From Thermoproteota archaeon (lineage in GTDB: Archaea > Korarchaeota > Korarchaeia > Korarchaeales > Korarchaeaceae): a stretch of 64,000 nt of DNA. Under the pieces are notes generated by a model. The model searched no databases. It was not told where the DNA came from and was given only the letters and a program-made list of their open reading frames with translations. This document shows, in pieces, positions 33,442 to 43,209 of the stretch; position 1 is the stretch's first letter, and each line of letters starts with the position of its first letter. The stretch covers positions 128,001 through 192,000 of the forward strand of contig JALSOH010000004.1 in NCBI GenBank assembly GCA_026986575.1. The letters are read 5' to 3'. A program made the translations under genes and the position numbers.

Positions 33442-33885
33442 CGCCTTTTCCCACCTGTCTCTCCTCCTGTAACTCTCGAGCTCCTCGAATACCCTCATTA
33501 GTAGCTCTCCTCTAAGACCGGAGCTCCTATCACGTCTGAAATCGGTTTAGATTCTTACCGTCTAAATAGGCTAGCTATCGTGGTTTCTTAACGCAATTCG
33601 TGGAGGCCTTGACCGGCTCCCCGGAACCCACCTCTACCCTCCGCGCGGGGTGTCCCTTCACTCACCTCAGTTATCTCTTATAGAGCACCAGGTATTCCTG
33701 CGCTGTGGTTTTCAAGCCTGAACTATCTTAGAGATACCGCACGGGATCCTAAGGAGGATTATGGCGTTTACACCCACGAATCCAAGCGATAATATGAGAC
33801 GGGATGCGAACTCTCCGTATTGTAAGCCGAGCCCCCTATTATCCTCTGGCGAACAGGAGAACGAGAAACGCATTTAATATAGGTG

Positions 33886-33953
33886 TGGCGGGCCCGCCGG
33901 GATTTGAACCCAGGACCTCCGGCTCCGAAGGCTGGCACTTAAATACCTCTGTC
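33886..33953 (-). repeat. att-like 3' fragment of tRNA-Arg, copy 1
   Basis: Anticodon arm to CCA of a tRNA-Arg(TCG)-like gene with no 5' half; near-identical to 34876-34942. Confidence 0.8.
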
Positions 33954-34255
33954 CTAGGGTTTGATAATAGACCAAGACAGGCAGTTACAATAAACATTCA
34001 TACTCATTACCTAGTACATGGGACAGCCAATCTGAGAGCTTAGCTTTGTTAATGCTATGGCTTCGGAGAGGTGATCAAAGGCAATCAATTATACTAATTA
34101 TAACTGTTAATGTCCCATTGAGAGAAATTATGTTATTAGGTTCTCATTGAAGCTTTATCATAAACACCGGATTATATTCATAGTAATATTTCATCCCTTT
34201 AGGGATAGGAGAAGCTAAGTGTAATGGGAAATCGCATTATATCATTTTCAACTTC

Positions 34256-34578
34256 ATACGGTAGCCCAGTTTTCTACTGTTTGGAGAGTATATGTGCGAA
34301 ATCTGTGTCACGAGTGACTAGTTCTTCATCGCGGTTGATAGCTATAGCGGCCACTAGTAGGTCTGCAAATGCTTTTGCTTCCTCATCCTCAATTAGCTCA
34401 AGCTGTATTCTATGAGCTAGAATGAAATTGTCTCTGAGGGGAAATATTACTCCACCGTAGAAGCGCTCATAGAAAATGATCCTGGATACTCTACGAAGGT
34501 TACAGCCGTTATATCCTCTTGGATGGGCTTCTTCTCTCTAATCCTATCAATAACGATACCTGTATCCAGTATGGTCAA
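34256..34578 (-). pseudogene. VapC PIN toxin, frameshifted
   Basis: ILDTGIVI...VTFVEYP, frameshift, then ADLLVAAIAIN....LVTRD.DF. Confidence 0.8.
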
Positions 34579-34787
34579 GACAGCCTCCCCTTCTCCCTGC
34601 GCCTCAGCTCCCCCACATCATAGACCTCTATGTCCTCAGTCAACTCCTCCGATCTAATACCAAGCATCTCCCTAACCTCAGCTACATCAACACGGCCACC
34701 AAGCCTCGCTAAAACGGCCTCTATGACCTCCTTCACCTCCTCCTCAGAGAGCCATGGGGGAATCCTCACTACCACACTCTTAGACAT
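34575..34787 (-). CDS. putative antitoxin partner of the PIN pseudogene
   Basis: 70-aa acidic protein overlapping the PIN start. Confidence 0.6.
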   Translation of the reverse strand: MSKSVVVRIPPWLSEEEVKEVIEAVLARLGGRVDVAEVREMLGIRSEELTEDIEVYDVGELRRREKGRLS

Positions 34788-34875
34788 CCACGCATCCCCA
34801 AGACTGTATGAGGCCTAAGGAACCTATAATCCTGTTTCGACGATCTATAGCAGGTACCTCAGGGGTTTTAATCTA

Positions 34876-34942
34876 TGGCGGCCCGTCGGGACTTGAACCC
34901 GGGACCTCCGGCTCCGAAGGCTGGCACTTAAATACCTCTGTC
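34876..34942 (-). repeat. att-like 3' fragment of tRNA-Arg, copy 2
   Basis: Direct repeat of 33886-33953; weaker similarity extends ~110 nt further. Confidence 0.8.
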
Positions 34943-35258
34943 TAACTAATTGATAGTAAGCGGGACAGATAGGTACAGTTTTATACTTATTATTCGGTGT
35001 ATAGGACAGTAGTCTAGAAATTTAGCGCTATTAAGAACATGTTTTGAGAGAATAGGGATAGTCTCCTATGGATATTAATGTCTTTAATGGATAATGGATA
35101 AAGAGGTGAGATCTAATATGCTTACATGTGATTAGTGAGCTGATAGAACCAATATATGAGGCTCTTGATTAAGAGAAAGTTAAGCCACTGGATGATACTG
35201 CCCCTATTCCGATTCTTCCCCCTGCGAGCTCCATAACTTTTCCTTGGCTCAAAAAAGA

Positions 35259-35534
35259 TTAGAGGGTTGAAGGGTCAACCTCAGCCATTGGATATACTCC
35301 TCCCAGGGGGAACTGGGCCTCGTTCAATATCCTCCTTATGGATTCCGCGTCCGGGGACTCCCAGCAGCAGTAAATCCTCTCGATTAAGCCTTCCTCTGTT
35401 AGTTGGACCCATGTGTTAATCAATCTGACCTCTTGGGTGGTGAGGTCCCTCACCTTCTTCCCCATAGCGGAGGCTACCTCAACGGATACCGGCTCAGCCA
35501 TATCGTGCACAGCCAAGAACTTTGGGACATCCAC
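35259..35534 (-). CDS. DUF4242 / SCO4226-like small protein
   Basis: PKFLAVH...IYCCWESPDAESIR pattern; start uncertain (ORF opens at 35597). Confidence 0.65.
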   Translation of the reverse strand: MDVPKFLAVHDMAEPVSVEVASAMGKKVRDLTTQEVRLINTWVQLTEEGLIERIYCCWESPDAESIRRILNEAQFPLGGVYPMAEVDPSTL

Positions 35535-35694
35535 GCGCGATATCAAACGCCTTTCATCGGTAAATCCTCTAACGAATCCTTGGAGACAACTGTTCATGGT
35601 GGATCCTACCTAAAAACCATGCCGCAGAGTGAGCGATATCGGATGGGTCTCTTGCTCACTCTCCCTCCTTAATATGATCGAACCAAAGGGTGCC

Positions 35695-36294
35695 TTAGGG
35701 ATAGAGTGCGTGATTTTTTAATAACTGCTGGGCAGCAATCTTCGGATAATATATTCTCAGCACTATGTCCGTCAAAAGAAGCATGAGTATCATTGCTACG
35801 TCGTCCACCCTCTTCATCCCATATCTATGATTGAAAACACGATAGAAGTAGATGAAGGATAGAGTCGAGAAGGAAGTATCGATTAGCGCCTTGATTGATG
35901 AGTATAGCTCGATACTAGATGCTCCTATAATGGGAAGAAGCACTAGATCCGTTACTAGTGATATAGACGAAAAGAGGAAGTAAAAGGATACAACACTCAG
36001 TATTGGGGAGAGCGGACCCTTATACACGCTTCTATAAAACAAGAAGAGGTAAGTTAGTGCTCCCAGCAGGCCCCAAAGTAGGGCTCCGGTGAAGCTGCTT
36101 CCTAACAATACAAAATATGCGATAACATATGGGGGAATGGATTGATTGGCTACACCCAGCTCGTTCAAGACGATCATTAGGTACAAGGATTGAGTACCCG
36201 TGTAGAGCAAGTATAGGAGAAGGGGCCTTCTCCTATTGGATGGAGGGCTATTGTTAAGCAGATCCGGATTTTCTTCTCTTCTACATATGGCCAT
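35695..36294 (-). CDS. Yip1-like multi-pass membrane protein
   Basis: About 5 TM; W.L.G.L.YL, Y..F...YGM pattern; last gene of cluster 2. Confidence 0.5.
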   Translation of the reverse strand: MAICRREENPDLLNNSPPSNRRRPLLLYLLYTGTQSLYLMIVLNELGVANQSIPPYVIAYFVLLGSSFTGALLWGLLGALTYLFLFYRSVYKGPLSPILSVVSFYFLFSSISLVTDLVLLPIIGASSIELYSSIKALIDTSFSTLSFIYFYRVFNHRYGMKRVDDVAMILMLLLTDIVLRIYYPKIAAQQLLKNHALYP

Positions 36295-36841
36295 TTAACT
36301 TCACCAAGATGCAAGGTATTGAGAGATAATATTCTATAACTGATGATAATATTATCATAATTAAACTTAATAACGCCAATTTTGTTAAATAAACTAACTG
36401 ATCTCTGGAGAGGTCATAGTGATCCCCGCCATGGATGACCGTTACGGCGCTCGAAAGACCTACGGATGAGGAGATGAGGATAGAAGTGATCTCCAGCGGC
36501 CCGTGGAATAGAAAGCAGGGGAGTGCACCTGTCAAGTTTTCTCTGAGAATTTCCCTGACGATGCTACCTACCACCATGCCGTTGAAGCTAAGGGAGAGAG
36601 CCGTGAGCGTTCCAAGTGTCACATATCCTATGGAAAGAATCAGGATAACGGAACTGTTCAAGAGTATAAGTCCGCGTAAATCATAATGTCCATTAAAGGA
36701 ATGAGGAACGAAAACTCCACCTAACCCTTCTGTGTAAGATTGATCTGGGATCAGGAAACTTCCTAAGATCCCGGCCGCATAGAAAAGCGATGCTAAGATC
36801 AGTCCCTCACCCACCCTTGGGCCTTGTTTCGTCCCTACCAT
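36281..36841 (-). CDS. SpoIIM/DUF95 family membrane protein
   Basis: LNS.V.L, FNGMVVG, FHGPLEI, SSVIEYY signatures. Confidence 0.88.
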   Translation of the reverse strand: MVGTKQGPRVGEGLILASLFYAAGILGSFLIPDQSYTEGLGGVFVPHSFNGHYDLRGLILLNSSVILILSIGYVTLGTLTALSLSFNGMVVGSIVREILRENLTGALPCFLFHGPLEITSILISSSVGLSSAVTVIHGGDHYDLSRDQLVYLTKLALLSLIMIILSSVIEYYLSIPCILVKLNGHM

Positions 36842-37778
36842 GGCTCATCCTCCTGATGATCTCTATTCTCTTCTCCAAGCTAGGATGCGTTGGAAGTAGG
36901 GAGGGGGTTTCCTTCATTCCATATATTTTGATCAGAGCGTTTATCAGATCCTCTGGATTTGAGTAAGATGCTGCAATGAGATCGGCCTTGACCTCCCTCC
37001 TCCTTATCAGGATTAAGAAGACCGACAACGCTGCCAAGAAGCCAGCCACCACTAGCAGGAAGATTACGGGATCGCGTTTCGTTACTGCCCCCGTTAGGGA
37101 GGAGGGTACTTCGCCTACAAGGAGTAGCATCGCGTACATCAGTAGTGTGTAGCCCAGATACCTGGCGATGTCTCCTTCTTTATAATGGGCGAGTTCGTGG
37201 GCCAGTACGCTCTTGATCTCTCCATTAGACAGCACCTTAAGCAGATCCTCATTTATGAAGACAGTCGGTTGAACGATCCCGCCAAGAAGCGCGGTTTTCA
37301 TTAGAGAGGATCTGAATAATCGGAGCCTTATATTCTTCCTGATCTCCATCTTTCCCTTAAGATCCTCGAAAACCCTCTTCAGATCGTCCGGGGGGTCTCT
37401 CCCCTGACCAATCTTATCGAAGATTATAGGAACCAGATTAACTGTGACGAACAGTACTACGAGAAGAGTGGAGAATTCCACTAGGATGCTGTGGTTGGGA
37501 AGTGAGGAGATCACAGCAGCGTAGATGAAGATCAAATATAAATCGAAATAATTGAGCAGGAGATCCTTGAATAATCTCCTGGCTCCCGGGCTTTCCTTAC
37601 GAAGAATGGGGTCTACAAGGGAGAGAATTATAGCAGCTAGTATCAAGATGAAAAATCCTGTGATAAGGGGGTTAAGCCTGTACTCCACCACGAGGATTAC
37701 GGTAAGAGACATCATAGCTACTGTTATGAGAGCCATCACTAAATTGTAAAGAGAAAAAAATGGAGAGTTAGTTCCCAA
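36807..37778 (-). CDS. M48 family membrane zinc metallopeptidase
   Basis: HELAH, REVKAD, THPSLEKRI; four N-terminal TM helices. Confidence 0.92.
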   Translation of the reverse strand: MGTNSPFFSLYNLVMALITVAMMSLTVILVVEYRLNPLITGFFILILAAIILSLVDPILRKESPGARRLFKDLLLNYFDLYLIFIYAAVISSLPNHSILVEFSTLLVVLFVTVNLVPIIFDKIGQGRDPPDDLKRVFEDLKGKMEIRKNIRLRLFRSSLMKTALLGGIVQPTVFINEDLLKVLSNGEIKSVLAHELAHYKEGDIARYLGYTLLMYAMLLLVGEVPSSLTGAVTKRDPVIFLLVVAGFLAALSVFLILIRRREVKADLIAASYSNPEDLINALIKIYGMKETPSLLPTHPSLEKRIEIIRRMSHGRDETRPKGG

Positions 37779-37788
37779 TGTAGATCCC

Positions 37789-38034
37789 TTATCCTATTAA
37801 AAAGCTCCCTACTGCTACAAGGGCGCCAGTGAGACCCGTAATTGGAGTACTGCATGCTGCTATTTTTGCTAGGGCTAAGAAATACCCTCCAAGTGCTACC
37901 GCAGCTGCTCCATAGTTACCTTTTGCAAGTAGATAGCCTATTCCCAACTGAGTGGCTGCAGGTGTTAATATAGGAACCACTAGTATTGCTATATTGAGGG
38001 CGAGGAGGGCTAGGGCTTTCTTTTCTGTCTTCAT
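37789..38034 (-). CDS. putative circular-bacteriocin-like precursor 2 (81 aa)
   Basis: Hydrophobic A/G/L-rich helical peptide ending VGSFLIG; heads the M48-SpoIIM-Yip1 operon. Confidence 0.65.
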   Translation of the reverse strand: MKTEKKALALLALNIAILVVPILTPAATQLGIGYLLAKGNYGAAAVALGGYFLALAKIAACSTPITGLTGALVAVGSFLIG

Positions 38035-38083
38035 ACCATCGCCCCCGTTCTCCTAACTATTAGAGAATTATAGAATAATGAGA

Positions 38084-38108
38084 ATAATTATAAAAATCTT
38101 GCGCGAAA
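38084..38108 (-). promoter_or_regulatory. BRE/TATA promoter of cluster 2
   Basis: Minus strand reads CGCGCAAGA-TTTTTATAA ~55 nt upstream of the precursor ATG. Confidence 0.5.
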
Positions 38109-38632
38109 TCTACTCTTTTTTTCACTAAAAAAAGAAAAACTGAAAAATTTGAAGATAACGGCGTCCTTGAGGTAGAATCGTCTACCTAGATTCCCACGGA
38201 GCAGATATGCATAAATTATACTAAGCAAAGAGGTTATATTTTATAGAGGCTTTGAGGAAGACTCTTATATAGCATTTAAGCTAAAGTTATTGTCAGTCCA
38301 GCGGGAGAAGTTTATGCTGACTTTTGATCACAATTAATTAGTTCGGTTTAGACCCTTCTTACCGGACTCGATCTCTATCCTCACCCCCTCAATAGTTAGA
38401 TCGATGTCTGTCCTTCTATTCACACTCAGTCCAAGTTTTTCGAGTTAGGATGACCATCTCCTCGATCATCAACATGTGAAGACGGATCTTTGAATTGGAT
38501 GGGGGCTTACAATATACAAGATTCTTTCCATGATAGTCAATGGGTTCAGCCTTAACTAACTAGCGCGAGATCTGGAGAACAAAGCCAGTATCTTAGGAGG
38601 AGGCTCTACCATGCCGGCATGTTTGATTGGAT

Positions 38633-38855
38633 TACATAGAGTGGGTGGTCAGCATTCCCCCTCTGATAACCTCCTTCTTTTCCTCCTTGGAGAGTGTTTC
38701 AAGGTATAACTCTGCTGCTTCCTGACATTCCTAATCGCCTCATCTAGGCTATCGCCCTGTGTATGGCATCTCGGGAGTTCCCGGACGATCGCGACGTAGC
38801 CTCCGCCTTCATCCTCTAGTGTAATAACACTAAACTCACGCATACTCCTGTCCAT
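38633..38855 (-). pseudogene. HicB antitoxin, frameshifted
   Basis: EDEGGGYVA.V.ELP.CHTQGDSLDEA..NVR, then a 1-nt shift before EAAELYLE. Confidence 0.75.
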
Positions 38856-39217
38856 TTAATAACCCCCTTAAAGTAAACAGTAATTACCTCTCCAAGACGG
38901 CCCTAGGGGCTAACTTCTAATAAAGTTATATAATGCTTACGTGTTTTCCTGCTCTCGCGCGATTTATTTAAAGATAAGCGTCTCTACAGTAGAATTGTTT
39001 ATCTAGATACGCGTGAAATAAAATATGCTTAGATTGCATCAAGTGGGGGGAAGGATCACTGAGGACTCTTATGGAAAATTTAAGCTAGATCATTGCCGCC
39101 AAGCTAGCAGGAGAAGTTTTATTATTTAGAATTTCTCATTGATCACGAATCGCGCACTGCATTAGTTCAAACTTATATCTGAGACTACTTTTTAATCCTT
39201 CTAACCGTCATCTACCG

Positions 39218-39700
39218 ATGGCCGAGATCCCAAGTAGACCATCCCTCTTCAAGGCTGAGTGTGGCTTCATATTGGTCGCTGGGCTGCTTCCCAGCGATAA
39301 GCTGCCTCTATCAGCCCTACCCGACAGAATAGCCCTAGTCCCCGTCGAGTTAGTGGCTTCCCTGAGGCATATAGTCATGGCAGCTTTCAGAGCATGCAGG
39401 GCCCTTAACACGGGAAGGAATGTGGCCGAAGCATTCGCCTACGAGCTGGGAGCGTGCCTCACGGGTATGAGAGAGGTATCTAAGGTAAGAAAAGCCCTCT
39501 CATCTTTAGGCCCCAAGGTGTTCGTCTCCATCTGCGAGGATGTGGGTGACTGTCTGGGACCGTTGATGGCCATGTTGGCTTGGGGTTCTCGCCTCACCGA
39601 CGTCGAGCCCAGATACAAGCCGGACGACCTGCCCTCCTGTTCCGGCAATGTTGAGGCCCTGGCGATGGAAGAAGGCGCCATGTTGGAGCTGGATCGGTGA
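39218..39700 (+). CDS. cgi121: KEOPS subunit Cgi121-like
   Basis: VAS.RHI..A...A.RA...G.NVA.....E....LTG.R.VS. Confidence 0.7.
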   Translation: MAEIPSRPSLFKAECGFILVAGLLPSDKLPLSALPDRIALVPVELVASLRHIVMAAFRACRALNTGRNVAEAFAYELGACLTGMREVSKVRKALSSLGPKVFVSICEDVGDCLGPLMAMLAWGSRLTDVEPRYKPDDLPSCSGNVEALAMEEGAMLELDR

Positions 39701-39781
39701 GGTGGAGTGATGCGAAAGCGGAGGGAAGGGAGAGAGGGGAATGGGATACCTTTTAAAGAGTAGTAGTTAGAAGCGGAGGAG

Positions 39782-40108
39782 ATGGAGATGTCTTCCGAGG
39801 ATTTCCTGCAGGCTAAGGCGGAGGAGCTGCTCAACGAGCTGAATCAGGTGGTCACCCAGATATCCACTCTGAAGGCTGAGCTCGCCTCGGTGGAGGAAGC
39901 GCTCAAGAGGTTGGAGAAGCTGAGCGATGTGGAGGAGGTCTTCGAGAGGATCGGGGTGGTCTACGTCAAGAGGGATAGGGAGTCCGTGATAGTCGAGTTG
40001 AAGGCCACCAAGGAGGCCCTCGAGACCACCATAGGATCGCTGGAGAAGAGGGAGAAGGACCTCAGAGAGACCTTGAACAGGATGTTGCAGCCCTCCCAAG
40101 GTGGTTAA
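39782..40108 (+). CDS. pfdB: prefoldin beta subunit
   Basis: Coiled coil / VFERIG.VYV hairpin / coiled coil. Confidence 0.85.
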   Translation: MEMSSEDFLQAKAEELLNELNQVVTQISTLKAELASVEEALKRLEKLSDVEEVFERIGVVYVKRDRESVIVELKATKEALETTIGSLEKREKDLRETLNRMLQPSQGG

Positions 40109-40207
40109 GCCCTAGACCGATCTGAAAGGGAGGGTAGCGCTTTCCAACTTTCATTATTTCACCTCCCCTCAGATCCCTGATAGATGCAGGTTTTAGCTGA
40201 GATGTAT

Positions 40208-41554
40208 TCACTCGAAGTATTTGAGAAGTGTCGATTCGAAAGCCTTCTTCCCTTCCCTAGGTATCTGGGCTCCAGCGGCCATCTGATGACCGCCACCTGT
40301 CCCACCGGCCTCCTTAGATGCCGTCCTGATGAGCTCGTCGAGGTCTATCCGCTTGGAGCTTCCCTTCCCAGTCAGCCTAGCTGACACCTTTATCATGCCC
40401 TCATCGGTATGCGCGTACCCCACTACTATGTCCGCTTCTCTAAGGGATTTGCTGAGTATCGACGTGACCGTGCCTATCATGGTGTCCTCGGCCAAGCCCT
40501 CATCTATGAAAGCCACTCTGCCTACTATTCTGGGCCTGGCGCTCCTCAGTACTTGGGCGAGAACCCTCTTGTAGGACTGTTGCAGCTCTAGCGCTTTCCT
40601 CAGGACCTCTCCTCTTAGGCCGGAAGCTAGCAGGGCTCCCACATGACCGCCCCCCATTCGCCCGCAGGCGTTGAGTATCGTGGCGAAGCTGCCCAGATCC
40701 CTGAGAGGGGAACCCTTGGGCTCCTTCAGATATATGTAGACGTTTCCCACCAAAGATTTAGCTTTCTCTAAGCTCTCCATCCTCTTGACCAGCTCGTTGG
40801 TCAGGTCCCTCTTCTGCTCCTCCGACAGGTCAGAGAGGGTGATCCACCTCTCCCCCACCTTTATGGGTATCCCCAAGGACTCAACGAGTGCCAACGCCCC
40901 GGCTGAGTTGTTGGACACTCCCTCTATGAAGGGATCCACCGTCCTCTCCAGCGATGCTACCAAGGGGTAATCCGGACCTCCAAAGAGCCTGAGGTCCGGC
41001 ATGACCTCTACCAATCCTGATTCCACGGCCAGCTTCAGTATCTCGGCGTTGAGGCCCCGGAAACCATCGTTCTCCTGGACGTCGCCCAGCGCCCCGGTTA
41101 TGGCCATCGGGGCCATGTCGGGATCATCCAGCATCTCGTAATACAGCAGGAAGGCCACCCCAGCACCGCTGATCTCCCTGTCTCCGTCTATCCCGGCAAG
41201 GAACGGATTGAGGATCCTCGCCTTTCCAACATCCCCCTCCGGGCGGTGATGGTCCACTATGAAGATCTTCTTCCCCAGTGAGGATATGATTTGGAGGTCG
41301 CCGGAACCCAGATCTGAGAATAGATATACCTCGTAGGGCTCTCTCCTCAGTTCCTCCACGAGAGACTCGCTGACGTACTTGACGATCGTCAGGTGGAAGG
41401 GGACGTTCAGCCTTCTGAGGAGGGAGATCAATATACCTGCTGAACTCAGGCCATCGGCATCGAGGTGGCTTATCAACCTTACCGTACCCTCAAAGGAGTT
41501 GTATAGGTCCCGGGCGAAGGACCTGACGTGATCCCGGAACCGGCCTAGGTCCAA
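40208..41554 (-). CDS. RecJ-like DHH phosphoesterase
   Basis: SHLDADG, DLG, DHH, LNACGR, GGGH.MAAGA; adjacent to rps15. Confidence 0.93.
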   Translation of the reverse strand: MDLGRFRDHVRSFARDLYNSFEGTVRLISHLDADGLSSAGILISLLRRLNVPFHLTIVKYVSESLVEELRREPYEVYLFSDLGSGDLQIISSLGKKIFIVDHHRPEGDVGKARILNPFLAGIDGDREISGAGVAFLLYYEMLDDPDMAPMAITGALGDVQENDGFRGLNAEILKLAVESGLVEVMPDLRLFGGPDYPLVASLERTVDPFIEGVSNNSAGALALVESLGIPIKVGERWITLSDLSEEQKRDLTNELVKRMESLEKAKSLVGNVYIYLKEPKGSPLRDLGSFATILNACGRMGGGHVGALLASGLRGEVLRKALELQQSYKRVLAQVLRSARPRIVGRVAFIDEGLAEDTMIGTVTSILSKSLREADIVVGYAHTDEGMIKVSARLTGKGSSKRIDLDELIRTASKEAGGTGGGHQMAAGAQIPREGKKAFESTLLKYFE

Positions 41555-41565
41555 GGGAACCCCTT

Positions 41566-42021
41566 CTATGACGCGTAGAGCTCGGCCAGCTCGGGACTGT
41601 AGCGCCAGTCCGGTGGGAGCTTACCCACCCTCTTGTAGTACTTGACCAGCCTGCTTATCTTGGACTCCGTGAGTATGAGACCCCTCTTGGCGTGGAAGTC
41701 CTTCCTATGCTCCTCTAGATGCTTCCTGATCTTGTATGCCTTGCTTATCAGCGCCAGTAGATCCTCGGGTATGGGCGGCGCTGCATCGTGCTCCTCCAGT
41801 ATCTGGGTTATCTTCTTACCGACGACCCTCTTCACTAGAGGTACTCCGTACTCGTCCCTAAGTATCATGCCTATCTGGCTGGGGGAGACTCCTCTCTTGC
41901 CAAGCTTAACCACCAGCTCCTCTATCTCCTCCTTGGACAGGGGGACCCAGTCTAGGGGGGTCTCTCTGGGGGGCCTAGTCGACTCGGACTTGCCCTTCTT
42001 CCTGCTGTGCATCCTAGCCAT
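41566..42021 (-). CDS. rps15: 30S ribosomal protein S15
   Basis: [26 protein letters not shown]. Confidence 0.97.
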   Translation of the reverse strand: MARMHSRKKGKSESTRPPRETPLDWVPLSKEEIEELVVKLGKRGVSPSQIGMILRDEYGVPLVKRVVGKKITQILEEHDAAPPIPEDLLALISKAYKIRKHLEEHRKDFHAKRGLILTESKISRLVKYYKRVGKLPPDWRYSPELAELYAS

Positions 42022-42025
42022 TTGT

Positions 42026-42616
42026 TCACCCTTCAGCTCCCCATGACCCAAGCTCGTTTTTAAACAATTGCGCCCCCCTCGCCCGAAGGAAACGCCGGAG
42101 TTCCCTCACCGCTGCTCCCCTATGCGAGAATACGTCCTTCTCTTCTCCCAGCTCACCGAAGGTCCTGCCTCCTGATCCCTCGGGAATGAAAATGGGGTCA
42201 AAACCCCAGCCCCCTCCCCTAGGTTCGGTGGATATCCGGCCCCTCGACCTGCCCACGAAGGTCAGTAGCTCCCTCCCCGTGTGTAGCGCTATGACTGAGA
42301 TGAACTCCGCTTCCCTATCATCGATACCGGACATTAGTTTTAGCAGGCCCTCATTTCCCAGCTTCGAGAACACGTAAGAGGAGAACGGCCCTGGGAAGCC
42401 CCCCAGCGAGTGTATGAACAGACCGGCGTCCTCCAAGAAGAAGGGCTTAGGCAGGTGGTCTGCCAGCCACAGGGCCGAAGTGAGCGCCACTTCCTCGAGA
42501 TCGTCGCTCTGCGGTTCGAGATATTCTATTTGGATCCATTGGACCTTCACTATGTCGGAGAGCATCCTCCTGAACTCCTCATACTTGTGCCTGTTAGAGG
42601 ACGCCAGATAGATCAT
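42026..42616 (-). CDS. rdgB: non-canonical purine NTP pyrophosphatase (RdgB/HAM1)
   Basis: SSN.HK, EDAGL, GFPGP, GFDPIF, SHRG. Confidence 0.95.
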   Translation of the reverse strand: MIYLASSNRHKYEEFRRMLSDIVKVQWIQIEYLEPQSDDLEEVALTSALWLADHLPKPFFLEDAGLFIHSLGGFPGPFSSYVFSKLGNEGLLKLMSGIDDREAEFISVIALHTGRELLTFVGRSRGRISTEPRGGGWGFDPIFIPEGSGGRTFGELGEEKDVFSHRGAAVRELRRFLRARGAQLFKNELGSWGAEG

Positions 42617-43200
42617 TTGTATCTCCCTCTAGCCTCCACCTTGACCAGCCTGGCCAGCACCCTGTCAGAGAGTTCACCGCACTTCCGATATCCGCGGAGG
42701 AAGGATTGCCAGAGCGGCTCCCAATCGTCTCTGAGGGACTTGAGGGACCTCTTGAGCACGTAAAGGTCGACGGCATAGTCCTCAACGTCGTGGGTGTACT
42801 CAGCGAGGCCGAAGTCTATGAGGCATATTCCAGAGGGAGTCACCAGCGCGTTGTAGAGGGTAAGGTCGTTGTGGGCTATGTGGGACGAGTGGAGCTTGCA
42901 GGCCATGTCCCCGAAGATCTCCATCCTCTCGGGAGTGAGCTCCTCTGCAAGCCTCACGCCTTCTATGAACTCCATCATCAGTGAGTCCTTCCACACATCC
43001 AACACGGCCGGAACGCTCACCCCTCCCAGTCTAGCCCTCCTCATTAACCTAGCCTCCTTCCTAGTCCTCCCTCTCCTCAGGTGGATGTCCAAGTCGGGGT
43101 GCCTGTACCCCTTCCTGATCCTCCTCTTCACCACCACGGGGAGACCCATGAATTCGGTCCTGTAGAGCTCCGCCTCAGCTCCCCTGTATATCAGCTCCAT
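42613..43200 (-). CDS. bud32: KEOPS kinase Bud32
   Basis: RGAEA, K.YRHP.LD, IDFGL, AVDL, RGRY. Confidence 0.93.
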   Translation of the reverse strand: MELIYRGAEAELYRTEFMGLPVVVKRRIRKGYRHPDLDIHLRRGRTRKEARLMRRARLGGVSVPAVLDVWKDSLMMEFIEGVRLAEELTPERMEIFGDMACKLHSSHIAHNDLTLYNALVTPSGICLIDFGLAEYTHDVEDYAVDLYVLKRSLKSLRDDWEPLWQSFLRGYRKCGELSDRVLARLVKVEARGRYK

Positions 43201-43209
43201 CCCATTAAC

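Noticed and set aside
38335-38460. Fragment DIDLTIEGVRIEIESGKK resembling a PD-(D/E)xK nuclease tail
   Set aside because: Too short, with no start or context to assign.
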